Positions 8,159 to 20,380 of a stretch of 35,158 nt of DNA are shown one piece after another. Numbering within the stretch: position 1 is the first letter of the stretch; every line of letters begins with the position of its first letter. The translations under genes were made by a program, and so were the position numbers. This stretch comes from Amoeboaphelidium occidentale (lineage: Eukaryota): NCBI GenBank assembly GCA_023515795.1, contig JALGPX010000121.1, forward strand, positions 1 to 35,158, written 5' to 3'. Under the pieces are notes generated by a model. It saw only the letters and a list, made by a program, of their open reading frames with translations, ran no database searches and was not told the origin of the DNA.

Positions 8159-9451
8159 ATGAGAATTAGACCAGCATTCTTTAGCAAGATAGAACGCCTG
8201 ATATCACAAAAAGGCGTTCCAAAGACCTTAACTGGAAGGCCTAAACAGTCTAAGCGATTTCAATACTCATTCTTTGATGTTGCCAACACGAAGATCGAAG
8301 GAGGTAAAGGAGGAGCAGGAATTGCACATTTCGCGCGAGAGCCATTTAAACCCGTCGCGCCACCCGATGGAGGTGATGGTGGCCAAGGTGGTAACGTATG
8401 GATGGAAATAGTTCCAGCTGGCAAAGATTTAAGACACATTAAACATAGTTACCGCGCTGATAATGGTGGCAGAGGCGTAAAGAACAGAGGAAGAGGAGCT
8501 TTAGGAAACGATACATCATTTCAAGTGCCGAAGGGCACGATGATTACAGAGTACATTCCTTCGACACTGCCCTCTCCACGAGCTTCTTCTGCGAAAGATG
8601 GAGAAAGATTGTTGCATATAGACACATCTGAAGAACAATACAAAGTCGGTATGAAGCTTATGCTAGCCGCCGGTGGTTTAGGTGGTAAAGGAAATTTCAG
8701 CTTTGCAACTTCTACTAATCGCAGTCCGATGGAGTTTACAGATGGTGAAATGGGCCACATTCGATATTTAAGGCTGGAATTGAAACTTTTGGCCGACGTT
8801 GGTCTAGTCGGGCTTCCGAATAGCGGCAAGAGTTCATTCATCCGAAGCGTATCGCGCTGCCAGACAAAAGTAGGAGATTACGAATTCACAACTCTTTATC
8901 CCCATATCGCAACTGTGAAGTTTGAAGCAGAGAAAGTGTATAATGATGAACAAGTTTCAGACTCAACCGAAGATAATACTACAGATAATGGTGTTGTTAA
9001 AGTTAAACAAGGATATAATGTTCTGCCACCGTTTCAAATGACTTTAGCTGATATTCCCGGTATCATTAAAGGCGCCGCAAGTGAGAATAAGGGACTTGGT
9101 CATGAATTTCTTCGACATATCGAACGATCGAGACTTCTGTGTTATGTAATTGATCTCAGTAGAGAGAATCCAGATCAGCAATTGGATATACTGATAAATG
9201 AATTAGAAACACACAAGGAAGGATTAGCTTTAGGAAGGCCTGGTTTGGTGCTAGCAAATAAGGCTGATCTAACTGATAATCATGTCGTTTCGGTTCAGGA
9301 GAACTTTACGCATCTTCAGTCGCATGTTCGTGACAAGTACGATTCGAGTGAGAAAAGATGGGACGTTGTTCCTATATCTGCAAAGTATGGACTCAACACG
9401 AGAAAAGCTTTATATTTAATACGAGAGCATTTGCAGCAAGCTTCCAAATAG
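8159..9451 (+). CDS. MTG2: Mitochondrial Obg/CgtA family GTPase
   Basis: Gly-rich Obg fold (PDGGDGGQGG), LRLELKLLADVGLVGLPNSGKSS, YEFTTL, DIPG, GLGHEFLRHIER, NKAD, ISAK. Basic N-terminal presequence. Confidence 0.92.
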   Translation: MRIRPAFFSKIERLISQKGVPKTLTGRPKQSKRFQYSFFDVANTKIEGGKGGAGIAHFAREPFKPVAPPDGGDGGQGGNVWMEIVPAGKDLRHIKHSYRADNGGRGVKNRGRGALGNDTSFQVPKGTMITEYIPSTLPSPRASSAKDGERLLHIDTSEEQYKVGMKLMLAAGGLGGKGNFSFATSTNRSPMEFTDGEMGHIRYLRLELKLLADVGLVGLPNSGKSSFIRSVSRCQTKVGDYEFTTLYPHIATVKFEAEKVYNDEQVSDSTEDNTTDNGVVKVKQGYNVLPPFQMTLADIPGIIKGAASENKGLGHEFLRHIERSRLLCYVIDLSRENPDQQLDILINELETHKEGLALGRPGLVLANKADLTDNHVVSVQENFTHLQSHVRDKYDSSEKRWDVVPISAKYGLNTRKALYLIREHLQQASK

Positions 9452-9479
9452 ATTTTTGATTTGTTTCAGCAATCTGATT

Positions 9480-9788
9480 ATGGCTAAACCAGCATCCAAA
9501 CTTACCAAAGTTGAAGTGCTAAAGACGGCACACACTTACTTTTATGCCGGATTCTTATTTCTACCAATTTTGTGGGTCTTAAACTTGGTATATCTTTACC
9601 CAGAGTGGAAATCAAGAGGAGCTGATCTTGATCCTAAAGTTTACTATTACTTGAAAGGATCTCTAATAGGAGCTTCTATATTCTTTATAATCACAACAAT
9701 CTGGTTCATAGTTTACATGGTGAAATGGCAGGAAATGGGTTTAGCGGGAGAATTACTGATGATCGTGATGCCGAGGGGAGTATCATAG
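9480..9788 (+). CDS. PSENEN: Gamma-secretase subunit PEN-2
   Basis: YFYAGFLFLPILWVLN...YLKGSLIG...W...GLAGELLMIVMPRG aligns with PEN-2 (YYLGGFAFLPFLWLVN...GDYLSFTIPLG). ATG at 9480. Confidence 0.88.
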   Translation: MAKPASKLTKVEVLKTAHTYFYAGFLFLPILWVLNLVYLYPEWKSRGADLDPKVYYYLKGSLIGASIFFIITTIWFIVYMVKWQEMGLAGELLMIVMPRGVS

Positions 9789-9842
9789 CGCACATAATAG
9801 AGTATATTCAAGATCATATCATCTTTAAGCTTGGATATCTAA

Positions 9843-10503
9843 TTAAGCAAAGCTCGTTGCTTTTCCAGATTCCAATAATGCAACGATGAGTCCGAATAAT
9901 CCAATTGCAGACGCAAAGATTCCAATAACCAAAATCTTTACAAAAAGCTTAGAGTCGTGGGCATCTGCTAAAACTGCAGCACTTCCGGTAATCCCAATGC
10001 AAATGCCACATGCCAAGTTACTAAGACCAACACTCATTCCTGACCAGAACAAAGAGTAGCCAGTATAATAAGCATTCCTACTTAACGGCTGGTTTAACTT
10101 CAAAACGCTGTCCAGTCGATTTGTAAATATAATTGCGATAATAATTCCGTAAATGGCTACAGCCTCACAGAAGATGACGCTAATCAAATTCTTTGTCTGA
10201 ATACGCGGAGCTCTTATGGCTGCACCAAGCAAAGATGTTCCAATGATGAATATTCCCCTAAGAAAAGATTCAGAGTTAATAGCGTTAATTTAATTACCAT
10301 GCTGCGCCTAAAACACTTATGGCCATGCAAAGGCCAATTCCGAGCGTGGCCCAATTGTATGGATTTGTCTGAATTAAGAACTCGCCAATGTTAAACAGAT
10401 CGCCCTGCCCTGTGAACAGCATGTAAAGCACGAGCACTATGAGTAGTAGTAGGAGAAATATTAAAGTGTAATACACAAGAGCCTGTCGAATCGAGTAACC
10501 CAT
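9843..10503 (-). CDS. VMA16: V-ATPase proteolipid subunit c''; intron 10258-10297
   Basis: [25 protein letters not shown]...[23 protein letters not shown]...LFVKILVI. Five TM segments. Confidence 0.95.
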
Positions 10504-10712
10504 TATGATGTCTGTTAAAGGAGAAAAGGCGAAGATTGGCAATTTACTATGTATACTCTTACTTCTTAACGAAAAGCCGCATACTCTTGTCCCAAACTTA
10601 ACAATTGAAATCTTATGATATTATATTAGTAGGAATTTAACAACTTTCTTGTGCTGGTGATCATGGAATACAGCGACATTGAACGAAGCTCTTGTGACTT
10701 GTCTCAGACAGC

Positions 10713-12072
10713 CTAGGGATACTGTGTGTTTCCAAGTGGCTTGTATAGAGACTTCTTGAGTTGCAGCTCTTGCATCAGCATTTTAAAGGCATTCACGTGT
10801 TGAGAATCATCCCATATGAAAGCCTGTTTCGCATTTTCAATCTGCTCAAACATCTTCTTTGTGAATTCAACTTGTTGTGCAACTTTCAGAAGGAATTTAT
10901 GCATCTCCTTCAAGTTCTTCCGTAACAATTTGACGCTGAAAAATTTGTAATCTAGAATGTTTTCGAATGGTAATCTAACTCCGTCTGATAAAATAACAGG
11001 GATTGAGTTAAACAACAAGCATTCAAATATTCTTGGTGACCATGGACTCCATCCAGCGGGAGCCAAGCAGAATAATGAATGATAAAGTTCTGAATAATAA
11101 ACATCCTTTGGGGCGTGATCATTGATTATCAAGTAGTCATGCATATTTCCGTAATGAACTTGAAGGAACTGTCTGATACCAAAACTGTAGCGTCTATCAT
11201 GAAGTATAGCACCCCTAAAGAAGCCAAATAAAGTCTTGTTGTCATAATGCTTCAGGATATCCTGGACCTCTTGAGTTGAGTTTGAGTTAATTGGTACATG
11301 CAAGCTGTCAGAATTCTCTCTTAGCCATTCTTTTGCAGGTTCAAACGAAACAAACGGAGGTATCGCGATATCCTTGTGAGGATCAAAGTTGTCTCTGTAG
11401 CCAACATATCCTGTTGATGTCAAATGTATCATTCCCTGTATTCTTCCTCTAATGCTTGTCTCCCAATGTTCTTGAGTTCTGTTGAAGTAACCAAAAACTT
11501 CAGAGGCCTGATCCCATGATAGAACAATTAAATGATCAGTTCCTTGCGATCTGTTGAAGAATTGATATTCCTGTGATATGTGGTCAAGTATGCCTTCCAT
11601 ATATAACGCAACATTATGTTTGCATTGATCAGTTGTGGTGTTCTTCTGATTAAATACACAATGATGATAGAAACATGTAGACTTGTGAGGTATCATGAAA
11701 AAGTCAGCTTTCTCTGGGTCTTTTGTGGCATGATCGCTCTTCCTTATCCATTCAGGTATCAAAACTTCAGTGTAATACATGTCTTGCTTGCATGCCGCCT
11801 CTTTAAACTGTACAGGAACCAAAAGGTCATGCGGTATATCATAATAATATCTTAGTTTGAGTGTAAACAGCAGTAAGATGGCTTACATTTTTACATTCGG
11901 AGTGTTTAGGGGTAATGTCTTGTTGTAATGTTGAAACGGTGTGCTCTCTTTCTGGTACATCAAAAGAAACTGACTAAAAGCCACTGATATAATTGCTCTA
12001 AGTAATCAGTGAGTGTGTGATGCTGCTTGCTCACCCAAGTATTCCAGTACTGAATATACCAAGCCATGACAT
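10713..12072 (-). CDS. Exostosin-family (GT47) glycosyltransferase, type II membrane; introns 11998-12034 and 11851-11886
   Basis: Spliced N-terminal TM, then KIYYYDIP, DPEKADFF, FNRSQGTDH, FFRG and FCLAPAGWSPWSPRIFE...IPVILSDGVRLPF. Confidence 0.88.
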
Positions 12073-12416
12073 TGAAACACTTCAAACAATCAATGATACT
12101 TACAATATATCGTCAGCAGATTCAAGTCCTACAAAATTTGGAAATTACAGAATCATCTAAACTAAAACTCTATTCGAATGATGCTTACGCGATAGTAAAC
12201 AACTTGATCAGATCGACCAAAGTGAAACAAGCACGCTCGCATTGAAACTTGATTTCTCAACATCAAGCAACAGAATCTAATCAGTCTCACCTATTTGGCC
12301 CTGATTATTCCTTAAAACATCTAATTTCTGTAAGTCTTTTGAGTTATCATGCCTAATCTTACTTGAAACAGTGTTGATTAATTAAATACATTCAAAGCAC
12401 TTTACCGATTACACCA

Positions 12417-13767
12417 ATGACATCAGCTTCAACAACATCCCAACCATCAGCTGCAGTGGCTGTTAAAACTTGCTCTCACTGCCAGAGAACAAGTACTCCG
12501 ATTTGGCGTAAAGCACCCAACGGCGATATTCTTTGCAATGCGGTAAGATCAATGTGATCGTCTCAACTGATTATGCAGTGTGGTTTATACTTGAAACAGC
12601 AAGGCAAAATGAGACCATTGAGCCTCGATTTGAAAGTTAACAATCCAAAGAAATTGCGTAAGAAGGATAATTCTGCTGCTGCTACAACTGGAGCTCCAAA
12701 CACTGTGACCGGAGACAAGGAGCATCAGATGCATGAGACAGAACATGGCAAGAAACGCCCACTTGACGAGATCATGGAAGAATTCGGAAGGCCACGCAAA
12801 TCTAAGGTACTGCCTTGACTTAAAGCTTTAATTTTAGCCCTTGAAACTTAATAATTTGCCGTTGAGTACGGCACCTTATGATTACTTGGATGAACAAGAA
12901 CTATTCTCTCGCTCAAGAGGTGCCGTTTCAATAGTCTACAAAGGAGAAAGATACTATCTGGGTGACTTTGTGGCTGTTTATGGTGATGATCATCCTGAAT
13001 ACTATGGTGTGATCACTGGCTTCGAAGTTCGTGGCAATGAAAAATACTTTTGGATGAAATGGCTTGTTCCCAAATCAAGAGCTCTGCTGCAACAAAGAAT
13101 TGAAAGAGATACTTTGTCTGCATATGATTTCATTGAACCTCAGCCTGATATAATTACTTGCGAGAAAATGGACATGATCAAGTATGTATTTGATTCAATT
13201 CCATCATTTGCTGTCTCAAAGATTTACCCCGAGCAGAGCAACAACCTCAACTTGACTAAAGAAGAAGAGAAAATTGCTGCAGTACTTCAGTCCATGTCTC
13301 CGGAACATGAAGTTCAAGATTTACACTGTGATCCGTCTACTTCAAATAGTGTTTCACCTGAGCCAGTTGTTGAAAATCATACAGCACAATTGAAATCACC
13401 AAAGTTGCCAAGTATCAGGTACGAAGCGTTTACGAATAATCCTCTTGCTCAACATTATCCTGTATCTTATGATTATACGAAGACTGTGGCTCGTTTACCA
13501 ATGCCGAACATAATTGCACCGTCAAAAAATCAGACTTTCATCCCCTTGTTGCCCTCACTAGGGAATGCTATCCCATTCACTGGATTTCCAAATTCGTATC
13601 AATTCTCTATGCCGAAAGATCAACACGATACCTACATGTCAAATTATTATGGTCTTCACTCTGCACCTGTTTCAAACATCAATTCAGCCGCTAATTCCGG
13701 TAGAGCAACTCCGATCCCTCGTCCGAACCTATCTCCAAGACAAGGTTTGACTGAAATCAAGGAATGA
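12417..13767 (+). CDS. GATA zinc finger + BAH-like domain protein (GATAD1-like); introns 12543-12578 and 12807-12837
   Basis: CSHCQRTSTPIWRKAPNGDILCNA|CGL, then SIVYKGERYYLGDFVAV...YYGVITGF...WLVP resembling the GATAD1 C-domain. P/S-rich tail. Confidence 0.8.
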
Positions 13768-14133
13768 ACTATTTTTTATAACTTTCGATGAATAAACCTC
13801 ATAAGTTTCTAAGTAAATTGTTAAATGCTGTTAGAATCCAAAGTGTCCGAGAAGCTATCAAGCTGAGAAACCATCCTTACAATAAGCAATAGGATACTTA
13901 AATCTTCAATAAGGTTTTTAATTCGCTTTAACCTTAAAACGAAACAATAGATGCCTAGCGAGAACTGAAATCTCGAGTTGTTGCCAGGATCGGTTGCTTC
14001 CGTTTTGCAACAATCACATCAAACATTGCTGGCTGCTTAACCAACTTTGCTGGAGCAACCAAAATCGACGGTGTAACATTGCTAAGAACAACAACAACAA
14101 GAAGAATTCAAATAGACAATAATTCAGAGAAAA

Positions 14134-15456
<1,323 letters not shown>

Positions 15457-15536
15457 GTATTAATGAATGTCACTTGAAATAAAGAACATGTTGGCACCGT
15501 TCTAAAGGGTCTTTTTCTTTTATAATTGGATTTGAC

Positions 15537-18500
15537 ATGATCATTCGGAATTTTGGGGTGATTGTGCTTTCTAGGCATCTGAGCGTTTATGGACGTCGCT
15601 TCTTCAGCTCCGCGGGTAACAATCGTATCAGCCCACTTGGCATTCAGCTGTTGCCAGAGAGCGTAAGAAATTATCTTTTTGGAGCTGGCGTTGGTCACAA
15701 GCATTCAGCAAAGAGATCCGAGTTACTTGAATTGGCAAGAGAACACTTGCGCAAACAAGATTTGCTGGATAAGCCGACCACTATAACGCCATACTTTGAT
15801 TTTACGGTGCCACCATTAGAGGGCAAAGACTTGGAGGAACATTTTCAGCGAATATCACGTAAAGAATATGGGCGATACGCCGATATAGCAGCGCAACTTT
15901 CGAAGTTCAATTACAAAGACGTTAAAATACCTTCCGAGTTTGAGCATAATATCGGGTGGACAATGTACAAGAACGGTTCGGTGACCAAAGTTGATCACCC
16001 TTTGGAAGACGGTTTGATATTTGACGTGGAAGTACTGCAGTCTGTTTCAAAGTATCCAACGCTGGCTGTAGCTCTTTCCACAGAAGCTATTTACGTGTGG
16101 TTATCTCCTGTTCTCTTTTCTGATAATCCTGCTGATCCTAAATCGTTTCAACATCTTATAAGTTTTGGAGATCCTTCTCAAGATAAATTAGTCGTAGGTC
16201 ATAATGTGGGATACGACAGAGCGCGGATAAAAGAAGAATACGATATACGTGGGACAAAGTTTAGATATTTGGATACTTTAAGTCTTCATATGGCTGTTCG
16301 AGGATTGAACTCTAATCAACGCGCTCTGTGGACTAAAATTGATAAGGAAATGAATTTATCTGATGATTTACTAGCGAAAAGCGAATTTAGAACACCTTCT
16401 TTTGAGTTTGCGGAGGATATGTCTTGGTTTGAGAAAACATCGCCGAATAGCTTGAAAAGCGTGGTTAAGTTTTACTTGAATGAGGACATGGACAAATCGG
16501 CTAGAGATGTCTTTGTAGACGGTTCTTTGGATGATTTAAAAAGGGATCTGCAGAACTCTATAAAATACTGTGTTAACGATGTTGTTTCAACGCAAAGAAT
16601 TCTAACGCATGTATTTCCTGCTTTCTTCGACACCAAAATCCGCGGAAACATGGTCAGCTTTGCTGGATTTCTTGAAATGGGTTCTTCATACTTGCCAATT
16701 TCAAACAAATGGCAGGAATATATTGAAACTTGTGACAGTATCTTGGAATCAAAGCAAAGAGTTATTTCTGAGAAGCTCAAAGAATTAGCAGATCAATGTC
16801 TGAAATCTGACCCTGAATTACGTGAAACCGATGTTTATCTGGAACAATTGGACTGGGATACAGGAAAAACTATGAGGCTTCAGCCGAAATGGTACAGGCA
16901 ACTAAAACCAACACAATCTAGTGCTTCAAAGCTAACCATACGAAGTCGAGTTGCACCTATTCTACTACGGCTGAAATGGATGGGATATCCTGTTGTGTAC
17001 TTGGGCCGTTCTTGTGGATGGTGCTTTAGGGTTCCAAAAGAAGAATCATCTGATTCAAAATTCGATAATTTAAATCCGGTTCAGGAAACAGAGTTTATCA
17101 TCAAAGAGACCAAATCTAACACAGAGCCTTCTGAAACTGTTTACAAAAATCTTTTCTTGAAGGACATGGATAAATTTGTGTTTTATAGAATGCCTTCGAA
17201 TAATTCGGGGAAAGACAGCAAAACTAATTGCGGTTCACCTTTCGCAAAAATGTTTGTGAATAGTTTTGATGAAGGAAAGATGGACGCAGAAGATGGTATA
17301 GCTAAAGAAGCTATAAGCGCCAACGCTGAATGTTCTTACTGGATAAGCGCTCGAGAAAGAATTAAATCTCAGTTTGTTGTTTGGAATAACGGAAATCCAG
17401 AAGAAGTTGGAGCAATAATACCACCTGTGATAGCCATGGGCACTGTTACAAGAAGAGCTGTCGAGTCCACCTGGCTAACCGCTTCGAACGCAAAGAAAAC
17501 TAGAATAGGCTCGGAATTAAAAACCATGGTAAGACCTCCTGAAGGATATGTAATTATTGGAGCTGACGTGGATAGTCAGGAATTATGGATAGCGAGTCTT
17601 TTAGGTGATGCACAGTTTGGATTTCATGGTGCTACCGGGTTTGGTTGGATGACCTTGCAAGGCTCGAAGAAAGATGGCACAGACCTCCATTCAAAGTCTG
17701 CTGCCATTTTGAAGGCTAGTAGAGATCATGCCAAGATATTTAATTATGCTCGTATTTATGGTTCTGGTCTGAAATTTTCAGCATCTTTATTATGTAAATG
17801 TAATCCTTCCGTATCAGCCGAGCTTGCGGCGCAAAGAGCCCAAGATCTTTATGCCAAAACGAAAGGGCTTAGATATTTTCCTCGCCGTGACCCGGTATTT
17901 AATTTGTCTGGTTCCTCATTCCTCAAAAACAAGTTTAGTAGAGCATTTTGGTATGGCGGCTCTGAATCTTACATGTTTAACAGTTTGGAAGATGTTGCCA
18001 ACTCAAGCGATCCAAGAACACCTGTATTAAAATGTCAATTACCTGATTCTCTTATGCCAGTGGAGGCCAGGAAGAAGTATTCTACTAGTTGTATTAATTG
18101 GGTTGTTCAATCTTCTGGAGTTGATTACTTACACTTACTGCTTGTTTCTGTGAAACATCTTGCATCTCAGTATGACATAAGAATGAGATTGATGCTTACT
18201 ATCCACGATGAAGTAAGGTTCTTGGTTGCAGAAGAGGATGCTCTACGAGCATGTTACGCCTTACAAATCAGCAATATGTGGACCAGAGCACTATTTGCGA
18301 AGAGCGTCGGAATGTCTGATTTGCCATGGGTAAGTCATTTTAGTATCACCTTGTAAATCTTTAGTCTGTTGCCTTCTTTTCGTCAGTTGAAGTTGATAAA
18401 GTTCTTCGGAAAGAAGCATCTGATCTTTGCATTACTCCTAGCAACCCAAAAGGAGTTGATTTCGTCGGACAGAGTTACACAATGCAAGACTTAGTGGACA

Positions 18501-18700
18501 AGAATGTACAACTAGGACAACTGCCACAGAATCTGAGTACAACAGTCAAACATCTAGATGAAGATCAGCTCACACAAGTTGAGGATTATTCGGCGTGGAT
18601 TAAATGCCAAATGGCATCCGATAATCAAGAGCTTAGAAATATCCTGCAAAGTATTCCCAAACTAAAGAAGCTTGACGTTTATGAAAAGTATTTCCAATAG
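15537..18700 (+). CDS. MIP1: Mitochondrial DNA polymerase gamma; intron 18330-18364
   Basis: Exo motifs FDVE, VGHNVGYDRAR and YCVND. Pol motifs IGADVDSQELW, RDHAKIFNYARIYG and TIHDEVRFLV. Spliced DLPW|SVAFFSSVEVDKVLRKE. Confidence 0.96.
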
Positions 18701-18777
18701 AGTTCTATTTGTTAAACATTAACGATGCAAATGGATCAGGCTTTTGTTCCTGAGACACATTAGCAGAGCCTACGAAA

Positions 18778-20193
18778 TTAATCATTCAAAAAAATAGTAT
18801 TACCTCCAGTTCCAGAAAACATGGGCTGAGCTGATGAGCCGTTTTGCGCAAAGGGATTATAACCAGCATAATCTGCTTGCGGGACTTGTCTTGGTGCTTC
18901 TGAAGAAGTGAATCCAGAGTTCATGAATGGGTTACTGCCAGGAATATAGTTGGATGAAAATGGATTGCTAACACCGAGAGCAGCGGCAACAGCTGGAATA
19001 GAATTGAAGGGAGATGAAGTAGAAACATTTCCAAACGGATTAGGAGCAGCGTAGATTTGGTTTGAAGGAGCATAAACACCAGGGTAAGACGGCGTGTTAG
19101 AACTCAAGAAAGGATTTGCTGGAGCCACGGCCTGATAAGAAGCTGAAACACCAAGTCCAGGATTAGCGTCAAATGATAATTCTCGAAGTGCACTGTATTT
19201 ATCTTCCTCGATTTGTTTCTGTTGGCTGGAGATGTTTGAGAAGGATCCAGAAGCGCTGTGGCTTATCTGGGAAGGCTGTAATTGCTGAAACGACTGAGAA
19301 GAAGCAGATACAGGAATAGAGGAAGACGTTCTTGGCACCTGGCCAAAATCAAACCCAGAATTTCCAAATGCTTGTTGCTGATTAGTATTAAACAAGTCAT
19401 TATTTGCATTGTGCGCGACATTGGAAGGCTGATTTGAACTTCTAGACAGAGTGCCATGAAACAGACCAGAGCTCATTGAAGAACTACTAGGAGTTGCAAC
19501 AGCCGAGAAGAAATCCATAGTAGCATTTGGTTGAAAACTAGCAGGCTGTGACTGTCTTGGTTGTTGCGCTTGTATAGGTCCAGAAACGGGAGCTGAAACA
19601 GAAGCAAAGAAGTCCATATCGCTCTTCTGGGATGAAACTGTTTGCCTTCTAGATATAGTCTCAGATGGAGCAGATGTAAACTGATTAGAGCCTCCGAATG
19701 AAGCAGATGTTGGTGAAAACACATTTAGTGGAGGCGTTACGCTTGAAGGATTGCTTCCACGTGACAAAGTTGCATTAGATGCCGTAAAATCAACATTAGT
19801 AGCACCATGACCAGCTCTTTCTCGAAACCATTTCTTCTGAACATACTTTGACCGAATAAACTCGCGCACGGAATGATTATCGCTTGGATCCAACCTGAAA
19901 CCATTCGACGGATTGTAAGTCGCAAGCCAGATTTCTCTGTTAACTAGATTTCCGGCAGCTTCAATCGCTTTCACTTCTTCTAAAGTAAATGTCGATGCAG
20001 AAATAGATTTGACGCGATTATTAGGGAACTCTCGAAGTATCCCAGAGCAACGTGTGCAAACGAACGAGCAATTGAACATGTTAATATTCGTTGTACCAGT
20101 CATCCCGCACTCGAAGCAAACTTTGTTTTCCGGAAGCGCCTGCAAAGCGCGCAATAGTTTTTCAATTCTTCCATCAGCCCTCTTTGAAGACAT
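18778..20193 (-). CDS. ArfGAP-domain protein with FG/NPF repeats (AGFG/Gts1-like)
   Basis: ENKVCFEC...FVCTRCSGILRE...RVKSISASTFT...FIRSKYVQKKW, then DKYSAL and multiple NPF motifs. Confidence 0.9.
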   Translation of the reverse strand: MSSKRADGRIEKLLRALQALPENKVCFECGMTGTTNINMFNCSFVCTRCSGILREFPNNRVKSISASTFTLEEVKAIEAAGNLVNREIWLATYNPSNGFRLDPSDNHSVREFIRSKYVQKKWFRERAGHGATNVDFTASNATLSRGSNPSSVTPPLNVFSPTSASFGGSNQFTSAPSETISRRQTVSSQKSDMDFFASVSAPVSGPIQAQQPRQSQPASFQPNATMDFFSAVATPSSSSMSSGLFHGTLSRSSNQPSNVAHNANNDLFNTNQQQAFGNSGFDFGQVPRTSSSIPVSASSQSFQQLQPSQISHSASGSFSNISSQQKQIEEDKYSALRELSFDANPGLGVSASYQAVAPANPFLSSNTPSYPGVYAPSNQIYAAPNPFGNVSTSSPFNSIPAVAAALGVSNPFSSNYIPGSNPFMNSGFTSSEAPRQVPQADYAGYNPFAQNGSSAQPMFSGTGGNTIFLND

Positions 20194-20380
20194 CGTTTCG
20201 TTGATGAGTTAAGTCAGAAGCCTTTGATTCGGTCGCTTGTCAGTCTAAAAATATCAAACGAGAGTATGAGGAGTTTCATGCCTTAAATTTCAGGCTGACT
20301 GTAAAATTTCAATGCAATAATCCGACAGATACCGCGCAAATCAGGAGTCTGCATTTCTATGTATTCTATTCTGCAAGATC

